Made by a program: the position numbers and the translations under genes. The notes beneath the pieces were generated by a model, which was not told the origin of the DNA, made no database searches, and saw only the letters and a list, made by a program, of their open reading frames with translations. From Pachysolen tannophilus NRRL Y-2460 (taxonomy: Eukaryota): a DNA stretch of 46,959 nt. Shown piece by piece: positions 30,642 through 41,624 of this stretch. The stretch spans positions 410,108 to 457,066 of the forward strand of contig KV454011.1 in NCBI GenBank assembly GCA_001661245.1, written 5' to 3'. How positions within the stretch are numbered: position 1 is the stretch's first letter; every line of letters starts with the position of its first letter.

Positions 30642-32852
30642 ATGTCTAATATCAGGTTAGGTGATTTATTTTTGGAATCAATTCACGCTGAAGAAGTAGC
30701 TGATTATGTTCAGACAGCTCAACTACTATCAACGTTGCCTCCGAAGGCATTACAACAAAAAGGTTTAGCTATACTAAATTTATCGATAAGTAATGTCAGA
30801 TCTGGATTAAGCGATAAGACCATTATAGAATTGAGAAAGCATGCAAATGTTATTACGGATGGTAATGAGTCTATTGAGAATGTAGATTCCATCAAAATTG
30901 GAGATATAGTTAAAATTGATAAGTTTTCTAAAAATGTTGGTAGTAGTGATGATCATAAGTTAAAGAAAAAATTGAAAAATTCTTCAAATAATAAAGATAA
31001 AGACTCATTTGAAAATGAAAATGAAGTTGAAATTAATGGTGTTGTCACTAAAATCACAAGTAGTCAGATAAACGTTACGTTAAATGAGGATTCTTCTCAT
31101 TTAGCAGGGTCTTCATCTAAAGTTGAAGACAAATTAATGAAGTTGTATTCGTCTTCAGATACGAAAATTTGGTTGGTTAAATTATCCAATTCAATCACTT
31201 ATAAAAGAATGCAATCTACAATGAGAAAATTGAAAGAGTTAGAAGTCCATTCATCTACTAAATTGGTTAAAATTCTATTGGGGGAATTACAATATGATCC
31301 ACCATCTGAAGGAACATTGACTGAAAACTTAAAGACTTTGAAGTTTTTCAATGAACATTTGAATGAATCACAAAAAAATGCAGTAAATTTCTCATTACTT
31401 TCTGATTTGACTATAGTTCATGGCCCTTTTGGAACAGGTAAGACATCAACAATCATTGAGATTATCAAGCAATTGTTAATAACGAAAAAAAGTAATAGAA
31501 TATTGGTTTGTGGGCCTTCAAATATTTCAGTTGATACTATATTGGAGAGGTTAGATGGTGATTTTTTGAATAGAGGTGAATTGATAAGAATTGGTCATCC
31601 TGCTAGATTATTAACAACAAACTTGAAGTACTCATTAGATTTAATTAGTAGAGATTCTGACCAAGGGATGATATTGAAGGATGTGATGGATGAGATAAAT
31701 TTGAATATTAGAAATTTGAAAAAATGCAAGAGGTCAAGAGAAAGAAGTGAAATTTATCAAAATTTGAAGATTTTAAGGAAAGATTTGAAATTAAGATCGA
31801 AAAAAGTTTTAAATGAATTAATTTTAAATAGTAAAGTCGTAGTCTCAACTTTACATGGAGCTGGTAGTAGGGAATTGACATCGGTGGAATTACCAAACCC
31901 TTCGATTCCTTTATTTGACACTGTAATTATAGATGAGGTTTCACAATCATTGGAACCACAGTGTTGGATACCTATAATAAATCATAAGAATGTACAAAAA
32001 CTAATCATCGCAGGAGACAATAAACAATTATCACCAACAATTAAAATTGAAAATGAAAGTTCCAAAAATTTTAAGAATTTAAACATGACCTTATTTGATA
32101 GGTTATTGAAGAACTATAATGGGGAAGAAAATGCAAAATTTTTAAAATTTTTGAATGTACAATATAGAATGAATGCTAAAATTTGTTATTTTCCATCTTA
32201 TCAATTGTACAATAATTTATTACAAACGGATGAGTCATGTAAAGATAATTTATTAACTAATCTAAATGGGAAAATTTTATCAAATGACGATACCACGGAA
32301 GCCATAATCTGGTATGATACACAAGGAGAATGTTTTCCAGAAAGAGATTTGTCACAAGATTCTGGAGAAGTTTCCTCATCAACTTTAGTTTCTTCGAAAT
32401 ACAATGAAAACGAAATATTGGTGGTGTTAAAACATGTGTCTTCCTTGTTAGCAAGTAATGTTCAACAATCAGATATTGGAATTATATCACCTTATAATGC
32501 ACAAGTTTCTTTTTTGAAAAAAGTGATATATTATAAGAAAAATTGGAAAGATATTGAAATATCAACAGTTGATGGTTTCCAAGGTAGAGAAAAAGAAGTG
32601 ATAATATTGAGTTTAGTAAGATCAAATTCAGAACAAAAAATTGGGTTTTTAAAAGATTTTAAAAGATTAAATGTCAGTATAACAAGATGTAAAAGGCAGT
32701 TATGTGTCATTGGGGACATGGAATTGTTCCAACGCTGCAATAATGATTTTTTGAAAAAATGGAGTCAGTGGTGTGAAAATAATGTTGATGTAAGATATCC
32801 TGATTTAGGAGATTTATTAGAGGAGTTTGGGAAAGATTTAGAAAACGATTAA
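30642..32852 (+). CDS. HCS1: Upf1-like superfamily 1 DNA helicase (Hcs1/IGHMBP2)
   Basis: LNESQ, Walker A HGPFGTGKT, RIGHPAR, IIDEVSQ, AGDNKQL, QYRMN, TVDGFQGREKE and RLNVSITR; convergent with SWD2, as in S. cerevisiae. Confidence 0.92.
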   Translation: MSNIRLGDLFLESIHAEEVADYVQTAQLLSTLPPKALQQKGLAILNLSISNVRSGLSDKTIIELRKHANVITDGNESIENVDSIKIGDIVKIDKFSKNVGSSDDHKLKKKLKNSSNNKDKDSFENENEVEINGVVTKITSSQINVTLNEDSSHLAGSSSKVEDKLMKLYSSSDTKIWLVKLSNSITYKRMQSTMRKLKELEVHSSTKLVKILLGELQYDPPSEGTLTENLKTLKFFNEHLNESQKNAVNFSLLSDLTIVHGPFGTGKTSTIIEIIKQLLITKKSNRILVCGPSNISVDTILERLDGDFLNRGELIRIGHPARLLTTNLKYSLDLISRDSDQGMILKDVMDEINLNIRNLKKCKRSRERSEIYQNLKILRKDLKLRSKKVLNELILNSKVVVSTLHGAGSRELTSVELPNPSIPLFDTVIIDEVSQSLEPQCWIPIINHKNVQKLIIAGDNKQLSPTIKIENESSKNFKNLNMTLFDRLLKNYNGEENAKFLKFLNVQYRMNAKICYFPSYQLYNNLLQTDESCKDNLLTNLNGKILSNDDTTEAIIWYDTQGECFPERDLSQDSGEVSSSTLVSSKYNENEILVVLKHVSSLLASNVQQSDIGIISPYNAQVSFLKKVIYYKKNWKDIEISTVDGFQGREKEVIILSLVRSNSEQKIGFLKDFKRLNVSITRCKRQLCVIGDMELFQRCNNDFLKKWSQWCENNVDVRYPDLGDLLEEFGKDLEND

Positions 32853-32934
32853 AGAAGTAATATAATAATATGAAAGAAAAGTGCAAAAAAAAAAAAAAAA
32901 GAACCATTTTTCTTATTTAATGAAATCTAATAAT

Positions 32935-34038
32935 CTATATCATTGAATTTTTAGAATCTGTTAACCAAAGTGTAACTGCTGTATCTGCTGTAGCAAAAGT
33001 TAACATTCTTGGATTGAATAAACACATTCTTGGTAATCCTTGATCTGAATTCAATTCTTTACAAGGAAATATTTGTTTATTTATATCATCTTTTTGTATT
33101 TCTTGTAAATCCCATATCATGACACTTCTATTTCCAGATCCACCATATACAAATCTACCATCAGGTGAAATAGTAGTTGAACCAGTACTTGGATAATTTC
33201 TATTAGGAAATTTTTTTGTACCAATTAATTTAGCTCTTATCACCCCATCAAATGCGTCTACTACTAAATGACATTCATTCAGGGCATCAGTCACTATTAA
33301 ATATTTACCATCATTACTAAATTCCAATTTATTCCAATTCATCTTCCCTATTAATTGTGTTTGTGTATTTGAAGTTATCAGTGAATCTCCTAAATTTGTA
33401 GAAATTGTAGACATTGAATTATTATTACCAATTTTTGGTACATTTACATTTATATCAAATGTAGCAAATGGATCTTTATCATAGTTTCTAAAATCATAAA
33501 GTCCTATTTCATTAGTATTATTACTTCCAATACCAAACACCATTCCAGTTGGATCAAATGAAATTAAACTAGGTGCTTTACAATTCATAAAACCTTGACA
33601 TGCACTTGATCTTAAATCCCAAACTCTAACAGAATCATCATATGCCGAACTCAAGAAAACATCATCAACAGGAGCCATCTCAAGAGCAGTAACTTGTGCC
33701 CTATGTCCTCTAAAATATCTTAAATATGAATTATCATGTAATGATAAATATCTAATTGTATGATCTTCTTTTGTTGAAGCATATAAACAATTTTTTTCAT
33801 GATGAGTAAATCTTGCTAAATGAACACCATATTTTTTACTAAAAATGGATTTAGAATGTTTTCCCTTATTAACATCATAAAGTTGAATTGATTCATCTAC
33901 TCCTGAAGATATCAAATATTGACCAGAATCATCAAAATCAATTGAAGTTATTGGAGAATCCACCTTATGATACTTGAAAGTCTTGGAAGCTTGGAAACTT
34001 TTCATCAAGTTTTCCGTTATAGGCACACTCGAAGTCAT
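32935..34038 (-). CDS. SWD2: WD40 subunit of COMPASS/CPF (WDR82 family)
   Basis: SKKYGVHLARFTH, TIRYLSLHDNSYLRYFRGH and VRVWDLR are characteristic of Swd2/WDR82. Confidence 0.93.
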   Translation of the reverse strand: MTSSVPITENLMKSFQASKTFKYHKVDSPITSIDFDDSGQYLISSGVDESIQLYDVNKGKHSKSIFSKKYGVHLARFTHHEKNCLYASTKEDHTIRYLSLHDNSYLRYFRGHRAQVTALEMAPVDDVFLSSAYDDSVRVWDLRSSACQGFMNCKAPSLISFDPTGMVFGIGSNNTNEIGLYDFRNYDKDPFATFDINVNVPKIGNNNSMSTISTNLGDSLITSNTQTQLIGKMNWNKLEFSNDGKYLIVTDALNECHLVVDAFDGVIRAKLIGTKKFPNRNYPSTGSTTISPDGRFVYGGSGNRSVMIWDLQEIQKDDINKQIFPCKELNSDQGLPRMCLFNPRMLTFATADTAVTLWLTDSKNSMI

Positions 34039-34494
34039 TATTCAATCAATACCTTTTAAGCATAAAAATCAAAAAAATTTAAAAAAAAAATTAAATTAAT
34101 TTAGTTATAGCATAACCCTATATAACTAACTAACTAACTCATTGTACCACATTTATGGCCGTTGTTATGTAATATTATTGTGTACATTTTCAAAATTTTT
34201 CACTAACAAAATTTGATGAAAAAAAATTAAAAAAATTACGATTTTTACAAAGGCCAAAAAGAGCTTTAAAATTAAATAACTAATTTCATCCCAACAACGA
34301 TTTGATGTAAGTCAAAAGTGTCTCGCATTATCGACCCATAAAGCAGAAAAAGCAAAAAAAAAAAAAAAAACTAATCTGGTACTTTATATTATTATAACGA
34401 AATTGAAAATATTATCATCGTTTTTGATTCTATTCATATCTCTCCACTAAAACCCATCAGTTATTCTAACATTAAGATTTTTTTCTTTTTTTTT

Positions 34495-35411
34495 TATTTT
34501 GGCGGGGAAATCAAGTCTCGTACCTATTTATTGCCAACACAAGCAATGATAACAAAAATCATGAACTCATTCTCTTGCTTTGCTTAGATCAATTTGGTTT
34601 GGTCAACCACAAGGCTAAGGCTAAGGTTTCTTGCATGCTGCAAAAATGGAATCACCGTCAGTACTTTTCCTCGGATACGTTAAATTTTTTTTTGTAATTT
34701 TTTGTAATTTCTACCCGCTCGCTCACGCCTAAAATATGCTTGGGGAAAGAGCCAATGTACTTGGTTCACCCGGTTATGTTTACGCGGCCGCCTAAAAAAA
34801 AAAAAATTTTTTTTTTTTTTGTTTTTCTTTTTTTTTTTTTTTTTACGGGATTTCCCTTGTTTCGGCAACGGGTAAAGGCAAACTCTCAGCAAGAAAAGTG
34901 AAGAGAATTATAATTACTTATTTCTGATTTCTAATTTCTTTTTATCCGACTTTAAAAAATAAAAAAGTTTAATTCATCTTTATTTCATCTTGAATTAATG
35001 AATAAATGTAATTTTCGTGCATGTTTCATTTAAACTGATAGGTAGTTAAAGAGTTTTTCCTTTTTACTTAGAAAAAAAAAATCTAAATTTTCTTGAACGT
35101 TTCAACAAAAAAAAAAAAAGAAAAAGACACCAATCACTTGATGATACGTTTTTACTTTGTCTGAATGCGAAAAAGCAAAAAAAAAAAAAGGGATGGAAAC
35201 ATCAAATGACAAACGACCCCATAATATTACAGTCACTGGAGAAGTTTGCAGTTTGCAGTTTGCAGTTCCAATGGCAATTGCAGTTGCAGTTGCCCTATTT
35301 TTTCCTTCTATCGATTAATTGCATGTTTTCAATTCAGATAAAATGAGTTTCTCTAGAGTTTTATCGGTCTTAGTGTCTGTATCTTTTTCTGTTTACATTT
35401 ACCAATATAAG

Positions 35412-35448
<37 letters not shown>

Positions 35449-35978
35449 CCGTAACTTAATATTACTAATAGAATCTTGGATCTGGATCTTAAATAATAGT
35501 GTCTTTCAATTAATCGGAAAAAAAAAATCAACCTAAATGAAAAAAAACAAACTTAAAAACGGCGCAAGCGAAACTTCTTTCAAAAAAAGTTTATTGTTAA
35601 AAACAATGATCAGATTTCTTTTTCTTTACGGAAATCGAAAAATTGTGCGCTGAAAATCCTCAGCTCACATCTTTTCCCAGTCCATTTTTTTTTTTTTTTT
35701 TTTTTTTTCCGGGCACGCTTGCATTGTAGTCAAATGACTTTTTACATGAACTCACTTAAACACTCCGGAAAATGTTTTTAAAATGTGCATAATTATGCAT
35801 GATTCCCGCATTTTTCCTTTTTTTCATAAAGGAAAACATTGAGAAACAGCCCAACACTATACTCCAGAAAGTATGCTATGTACGTTATGCGAAGCAAAGT
35901 GTTCCCACTACAATTTTAAAATATGGAGCAACAGCATAAAGTGTGAGTGGCCTTCTGACTCTTTTGATTGATATAAAA
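34495..35978 (+). promoter_or_regulatory. Extended HXT promoter with Rgt1-like and Mig1-like sites and a TATA box
   Basis: CGGANNA (either strand) at 34942, 35445, 35515, 35705 and 35766. AT-flanked GCGGGG at 34502, CTGGAG (minus strand) at 35862, and TATAAAA at 35972. Confidence 0.6.
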
Positions 35979-36227
35979 CGGCCAATTATTCCCCAAACTT
36001 TTTGTTCAAAAAAAAAACCATTAAAATCATAAAAAGAATAAATCTAAAAAGTATAGAAAGATTATTCTTTTCTAGATAGATTCCATTAGGATTCAACATT
36101 AATATTATTCACACTCAATAAGTCGTTGCACACTGTATTTGAATTAATACAGTTGTTACAACGTTCATTATAATAAAGTAAACAAAACTCAAAAAAAGAA
36201 AAAAAAAAATTTTTTTTGTTGTTGAAA

Positions 36228-37892
36228 ATGTCAGCATCTCCAGAACAAATATCTGAGGCTCCAACTAGTGGTACAGTCACACCAGTTGAAAATGAGGCCA
36301 TTGACAACCTTGACGCTGAAAAGACTGGTCTTGCAGCTTTGAATAAACCAAAATCTTCATATATTTTGGTTTCCATCTTATGTTTATTGATTGCATTTGG
36401 TGGTTTCGTTTTCGGTTGGGATACTGGTACTATTGCTGGTTTCGTCAATATGTCTGATTTCAAAGATAGATTTGGTTCAAAACATTCTGATGGTACTGCA
36501 TATTTCTCAAATGCTAGAACAGGTTTAATTGTTTCTATTTTCAACATTGGTTGTGCCATTGGTGGTGTCACATTAACTAAATTAGGTGATATCTTTGGTA
36601 GAAAATTAGCTTTGATGATTGTTATGGTCATTTATATGATTGGTATTATTATTCAAATTGCTTCAATTAACAAATGGTACCAATATTTCATTGGTAGAAT
36701 TATTTCAGGTCTTGCCGTTGGTGGTGTTTCTGTCTTATCTCCAATGTTTATCGCTGAAACTTCTCCACGTCAAATTAGAGGTGCTTTAGTTTCTTGTTAT
36801 CAATTAATGATTACCTTGGGTATTTTCTTAGGTTACTGTACTACTTATGGTACTAAAGGTTACTCTAACTCAGTTCAATGGAGAGTTCCATTAGGTTTAT
36901 GTTTTGCTTGGGCTCTTCTCATGATTTTAGGTATGACATTTATGCCGGAATCTCCAAGATTTTTAATTCAAAAAGGTAGATTAGATGATGCAAGAAAATC
37001 TATTGCAAGAGTTAATAAAACTAGTCCAGATGATGCTGCTGTCTTTGCTGAAGTTGAAGAAATTGACGCTGCAATTCAACTTGAAGCAGCTGCCGGTAAA
37101 GCAAGTTGGGGTGAATTATTTACAGGTAAACCAAAGATCTTTTATCGTCTTTGTACTGGTATTATGATGCAATCATTACAACAATTGACTGGTGATAATT
37201 ATTTCTTTTACTATGGTACTACCGTTTTCAATGCTGTTGGTTTAAGTGATGCTTTTGAAACTTCTATTGTTATTGGTGTCATCAATTTCGCATCTACTTT
37301 TGTTTCTTTATGGACAGTTGAAAGATTTGGTAGAAGAAAAGTTTTATTATGGGGTTCTGCTTCTATGATTGCTTGTTTAGTTGTCTTTGCATCTGTTGGT
37401 GTTACAAGATTATACCCAGATGGTTACAGTGCTGGTACCACATCTAAAGGTGCAGGTAACTGTATGATTGTCTTTACATGTTTCTACATTTTCTGTTTTG
37501 CTTGTACTTGGGCTCCTTGTACCTTTGTTGTTGTCTCTGAAATTTATCCACTTAGAATCAAATCAAAGGCAATGGGTATTGCTCAAGGTGCTAACTGGAT
37601 TTGGGGTTTCTTAATCTCCTTCTTCACTCCATTCATTACATCTGCTATTCGTTTTGCATACGGTTACGTCTTCATGGGATGTTGTGTCTTTTCATTCTTC
37701 TTTGTTTTCTTTGCAATTCCAGAAACTAAAGGTTTATCATTAGAAGATGTCGATCATCTTTACGAAACTGGTACTGCTGCTTTCAAGACAGGTTCATTTA
37801 TCCGCAGACCAAAAATGAATTTAACTAAAACTACAACTCCAAAAGTTGAAGATCCAGAACACGCAAGTGAGGTCGCAAGCCAAGATGTTTAA
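36228..37892 (+). CDS. HXT-family hexose transporter (MFS sugar porter)
   Basis: ATG at 36228. [45 protein letters not shown] and PETKGLSLE motifs. One-to-one orthology cannot be assigned. Confidence 0.95.
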   Translation: MSASPEQISEAPTSGTVTPVENEAIDNLDAEKTGLAALNKPKSSYILVSILCLLIAFGGFVFGWDTGTIAGFVNMSDFKDRFGSKHSDGTAYFSNARTGLIVSIFNIGCAIGGVTLTKLGDIFGRKLALMIVMVIYMIGIIIQIASINKWYQYFIGRIISGLAVGGVSVLSPMFIAETSPRQIRGALVSCYQLMITLGIFLGYCTTYGTKGYSNSVQWRVPLGLCFAWALLMILGMTFMPESPRFLIQKGRLDDARKSIARVNKTSPDDAAVFAEVEEIDAAIQLEAAAGKASWGELFTGKPKIFYRLCTGIMMQSLQQLTGDNYFFYYGTTVFNAVGLSDAFETSIVIGVINFASTFVSLWTVERFGRRKVLLWGSASMIACLVVFASVGVTRLYPDGYSAGTTSKGAGNCMIVFTCFYIFCFACTWAPCTFVVVSEIYPLRIKSKAMGIAQGANWIWGFLISFFTPFITSAIRFAYGYVFMGCCVFSFFFVFFAIPETKGLSLEDVDHLYETGTAAFKTGSFIRRPKMNLTKTTTPKVEDPEHASEVASQDV

Positions 37893-38232
37893 AGTTTAAA
37901 AGAAAAAAATACTTATTAATAATTGATTTTACTTTTTTTTGTCTCTTTACTCTTACTTTTTTTTTGATTATTATTATTATTTTTTTTTTTTTATCCCTCA
38001 CTTAATTTTCACCTACAAATTTTAATGATGTTATGAACTAATCTATTTATATACTATATATACATATATATATAATTTTTTCTCAATGTTCCATTTTTTA
38101 TAGTCTTTTTATTTAGTCTTTTGTATAATACAATATAGACGCTTTAAATTTATACATACTTAAAGAACTTATACTAATAAAAAAAAAAAAATTGTAATTG
38201 AAAATTGCATTACAACAAAAAGCGAAAAACGA

Positions 38233-38248
38233 TTTCCTAATTGGGAAG
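38233..38248. promoter_or_regulatory. Mcm1/ECB-like site TTTCCTAATTGGGAAG
   Basis: CC-N6-GG core; the reverse complement CTTCCCAATTAGGAAA is close to the ECB consensus. About 130 bp upstream of the ORF at 38376. Confidence 0.5.
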
Positions 38249-38375
38249 TTGAGTAATGGAGCCACTACTTTATGAAGTATTGGGAATTTTTAATGGGAAA
38301 GAGAATCTTATAAACCGTCAACAACGATAACGAAGAACTTGATGACAAAGGCGGATGTATTAGAGGAAGAAGAGA

Positions 38376-38831
38376 ATGGCTGATGGAAGCATAGAGGTTA
38401 CAGGTGGTGCAGATGATTTAGATGACACCATTTCTTTACCGTCACCGACGCTTTTGAATAAGTTAAAGTCGTCGAATTTACCGATGAATTTATTTCACAG
38501 TGTAAATAATGCCTTTATAAGAAAGACTATTATTTTTACAAGTGAAGGAGAAATAATATGTGGATGGCTGAATAATGATAATATAGAGGTTGAGGACGGT
38601 GAGGAGTTGGGACTGGTTCCTAGAGTGTTTGCTGTGACTATTGTGAACTATTGTCTTCAGTTTTTAGGTAATTGCTCGGATTTAGCTAAGGAAATTTATA
38701 AAGAAGAAGAACAAGAACAAGAACAAGATGTCAAATCTATACGATTAAGTTTTGGTTCTAAAAATGAGTTCATATTGGTCCCAGACAATGAATTTGTAAT
38801 ATGTGTTGTTGCTGAAAGAAAGTACTCCTAG
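38376..38831 (+). CDS. Roadblock/LC7-family protein (dynein light chain roadblock-like)
   Basis: IRKTIIFTSEGEII and QDVKSIRLSFGSKNEFILVPDNEFVICVV align by eye with the DYNLRB motifs VQGIIVVNTEGIPI and [28 protein letters not shown]. Confidence 0.7.
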   Translation: MADGSIEVTGGADDLDDTISLPSPTLLNKLKSSNLPMNLFHSVNNAFIRKTIIFTSEGEIICGWLNNDNIEVEDGEELGLVPRVFAVTIVNYCLQFLGNCSDLAKEIYKEEEQEQEQDVKSIRLSFGSKNEFILVPDNEFVICVVAERKYS

Positions 38832-38893
38832 ATAAATAAATAATTATATATATATGTATATATATATATATATATGTGGTACATATTTTTTTT

Positions 38894-39691
38894 TTAATTC
38901 AAACAAGCATAGAAGCCTTTATATGCGTTATCTAAATCAAATAGGAATTCTTTAGAATCGTCGTCACTTAGCCTTTCGTTTATATCCAAATTATTCAATT
39001 TAATTAACCATTGTATGATTTTGGACCTACCTTCAAATTCTCCATTTTTCAATACTTTATTTGTACAAGTAACCAAATCTGATAATAACGGATGTAATTG
39101 ATCTTTTGTTCTATAATTTAACTTAACAGCATCCATAAGTGTTATAAAATTTCCAGTAGCCTCAGCAACAGCCTTTGCTGATATAGAAACATTATTATTA
39201 TTCCCACCGCCGTTGGCGCCTGTATTATTACCGTTATTCAGACCATTGCCACTGGCAAGACTCACACGTGAACTATCATCTTGACCTAGAAACGAGTGTT
39301 CTATAGTTGCAGGAACTCCAATCTCTAATCTTTGTTTTGCCAAGGGACAACAAATATCATATTTCTGGAAAAAACTATCTAAATTCACAAAACTTTTCTT
39401 AACTTCTTCATTTTTTAACAGTAAATTATACTGATTTATAAGCCGCGACACACTCTTGGTATAATTATCATTATCAACATCAACTTGTTGTAAAGTATCT
39501 CTTAAAAAAGATTTCTCCAAAAAATTTAATACTATTATTATAGAGTAAAGCTCAGCAAGTGATTCGTATAAACCTCTTTCTTTATTATTGCTAATCAATT
39601 CCATTTTTACATTATTAGCATCATTTTCAGTTGAACCACCTACCAACCCATTTATATGAAGTGAACCAGCACTGTTATACGGATATGACAT
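38894..39691 (-). CDS. VPS28: ESCRT-I subunit Vps28
   Basis: ATG at 39691 (MSYPYNS). YESLAELYSII, GVPATIEH, AEATGNFITLMDAVKLNY..KDQLHPLL and FDLDNAYKGF motifs. Confidence 0.95.
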   Translation of the reverse strand: MSYPYNSAGSLHINGLVGGSTENDANNVKMELISNNKERGLYESLAELYSIIIVLNFLEKSFLRDTLQQVDVDNDNYTKSVSRLINQYNLLLKNEEVKKSFVNLDSFFQKYDICCPLAKQRLEIGVPATIEHSFLGQDDSSRVSLASGNGLNNGNNTGANGGGNNNNVSISAKAVAEATGNFITLMDAVKLNYRTKDQLHPLLSDLVTCTNKVLKNGEFEGRSKIIQWLIKLNNLDINERLSDDDSKEFLFDLDNAYKGFYACLN

Positions 39692-39921
39692 AATTGTTCT
39701 TACAAAACTGTTATTTCCGTCTTTTTGCGTTGTTTCTTGTAGTTTCTTTATAGTTAAATGTATAATATTATAAAAAATCACTAAAAAATTTAAAATGGAA
39801 ATTAATAAAATCTAAAAAAACCATTCTTTCTTTGAATTATATTATATATATATATATATATAATATATCTATCTATCTTTTTCAGTTAAATGAGAATTGA
39901 TACCGACTGAGGAAAATCAAA

Positions 39922-41325
39922 ATGAATGAGGTTAGGTCTTTAATTCAGTTTGTTTCGAGGAATTTTTATCCAAAGCAATATATATTGGTATTGGATGCTC
40001 TTTTGGTTCATTCTGTGTTGTCAGAAGATGATTTATCTCACTTGGTTGGTATTCAGAGAAAAGAATTACGTGCTATTTGTAATAAATTAACGGAGGATAG
40101 ATTGATTGTTATTCATGCTCAAAGGGAAGAGGAAGGGAATCAACAAAGATTAAGGACAAAGACTTATTATTATATTCATTTCACCGAGGCTGTTGATTCT
40201 ATAAAATGGAAAATTCATAGTGTTGTCAAGGCTTTAAAAGATGAAATGAAAAAAGATGCAAATCCTGAAGGATATGTTTGCCCTCGTTGTCAAACCAAGT
40301 ATTCTCAGATAGATGCACTTTCGTTATTAAGTGATGATAGAAGTAAATTCATTTGTGATGTATGTAGTACTGAATTAGTTGAAGATAATTCAGGTGCAAA
40401 AGCAAAGCAAAGACAAAAGAAACTTGAAAAATTGATGCAACAAATCGATCCAATTATTACTTATTTAAAGAAAATTGATGATTCGCATATTGAAGATAAT
40501 ACTTTTGAAAGTTCTTTGACACGAGCTATTCCTGCTCAATCATCTTCTTCTGCATCATATGCGGTATCAAATAAGACAGTTATGAATTCAAGTAATAATA
40601 ATAATTACTTATTAAATGGACAGTTTGCTAATAATAAGAGTAAATATGATTCAAAATCTACAAATGCAATTTTGAATGTTAGAATCAGTAATGAAGATGA
40701 AGATTTATTACAACAACAGAAAGATATGGACTTGAAAAAAGAAAAATTAAGACAAAATGCAATGCCATCATGGCATTCGGAAAGTACTGTGGGACAAAAA
40801 AGTCTTGGTAGATTAGATGATGACGAAAAAGAAGAAATTGAAAATAATAAAGAATTAACAGAGGATTTTGAAAATGTGATGGATGTTGCAGATAATAGCA
40901 ATAACAGCAACGATAATAATAACAATAATGAGGCTAGCACACCTTCCGTTCTTAAACCAGATTCAACTCCTGGCTCAGCAATGGATGTGGACACATCATT
41001 TACCGCAGATTCTAGCGAATTTTCTTCCACTTTGAGTAATAAAGAAGCCAGAGATGCGTTAGCAGACTATTATGCTCAATTAGCTGCAAGAGAATCTCAA
41101 GAAGAGGAAGATGAAGAAGAAGATGAAGATGATGATGACGATGAAGATGATGCTGATGGTGATGCCGCTGCTGCCGATGGCGAGGATGATGAGTTTGAAG
41201 ATGTTATTGGTGATGAAGTAGACAACGCCGGAGATCAAAAGAGCGCAGAGAATGCTCCACCTGAAAGTATTTCAAACGATGTTGAAATTGAAGAGTTTGA
41301 TGGAGAAGAAAGTGATGAAGAATAA
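39922..41325 (+). CDS. TFA1: TFIIE large (alpha) subunit
   Basis: N-terminal winged helix (LDALLVHSVLSEDDL, AVDSIKWK), Zn ribbon CPRC...CDVC, QNAMPSWHSESTVG and an acidic C-terminal tail. Confidence 0.95.
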   Translation: MNEVRSLIQFVSRNFYPKQYILVLDALLVHSVLSEDDLSHLVGIQRKELRAICNKLTEDRLIVIHAQREEEGNQQRLRTKTYYYIHFTEAVDSIKWKIHSVVKALKDEMKKDANPEGYVCPRCQTKYSQIDALSLLSDDRSKFICDVCSTELVEDNSGAKAKQRQKKLEKLMQQIDPIITYLKKIDDSHIEDNTFESSLTRAIPAQSSSSASYAVSNKTVMNSSNNNNYLLNGQFANNKSKYDSKSTNAILNVRISNEDEDLLQQQKDMDLKKEKLRQNAMPSWHSESTVGQKSLGRLDDDEKEEIENNKELTEDFENVMDVADNSNNSNDNNNNNEASTPSVLKPDSTPGSAMDVDTSFTADSSEFSSTLSNKEARDALADYYAQLAARESQEEEDEEEDEDDDDDEDDADGDAAAADGEDDEFEDVIGDEVDNAGDQKSAENAPPESISNDVEIEEFDGEESDEE

Positions 41326-41624
41326 TGTCGAAATTTCAGACCTTGTTATGTTGTTAGCATTTACAATTTAAATACGTTTTTACATATATGTGTATCTATA
41401 TAGTTGATTTAATAGCATTTTTATAGAAATTTAATAAAGATGTAATCTTTTATTGCGGTAACGGTCCTGTACGCAGCTTAAAAAAATAATAATAAAAAAA
41501 AAATGAAAAATTTCCAGTTTGACTAAAGTGAGTTTATCAGTATGTGAATGAATAAATTAAGATAATTGAAAATAAATAAGAATCAGGAAGTATTGAGTTT
41601 GATTATTGGAGATTATTGTTAACA

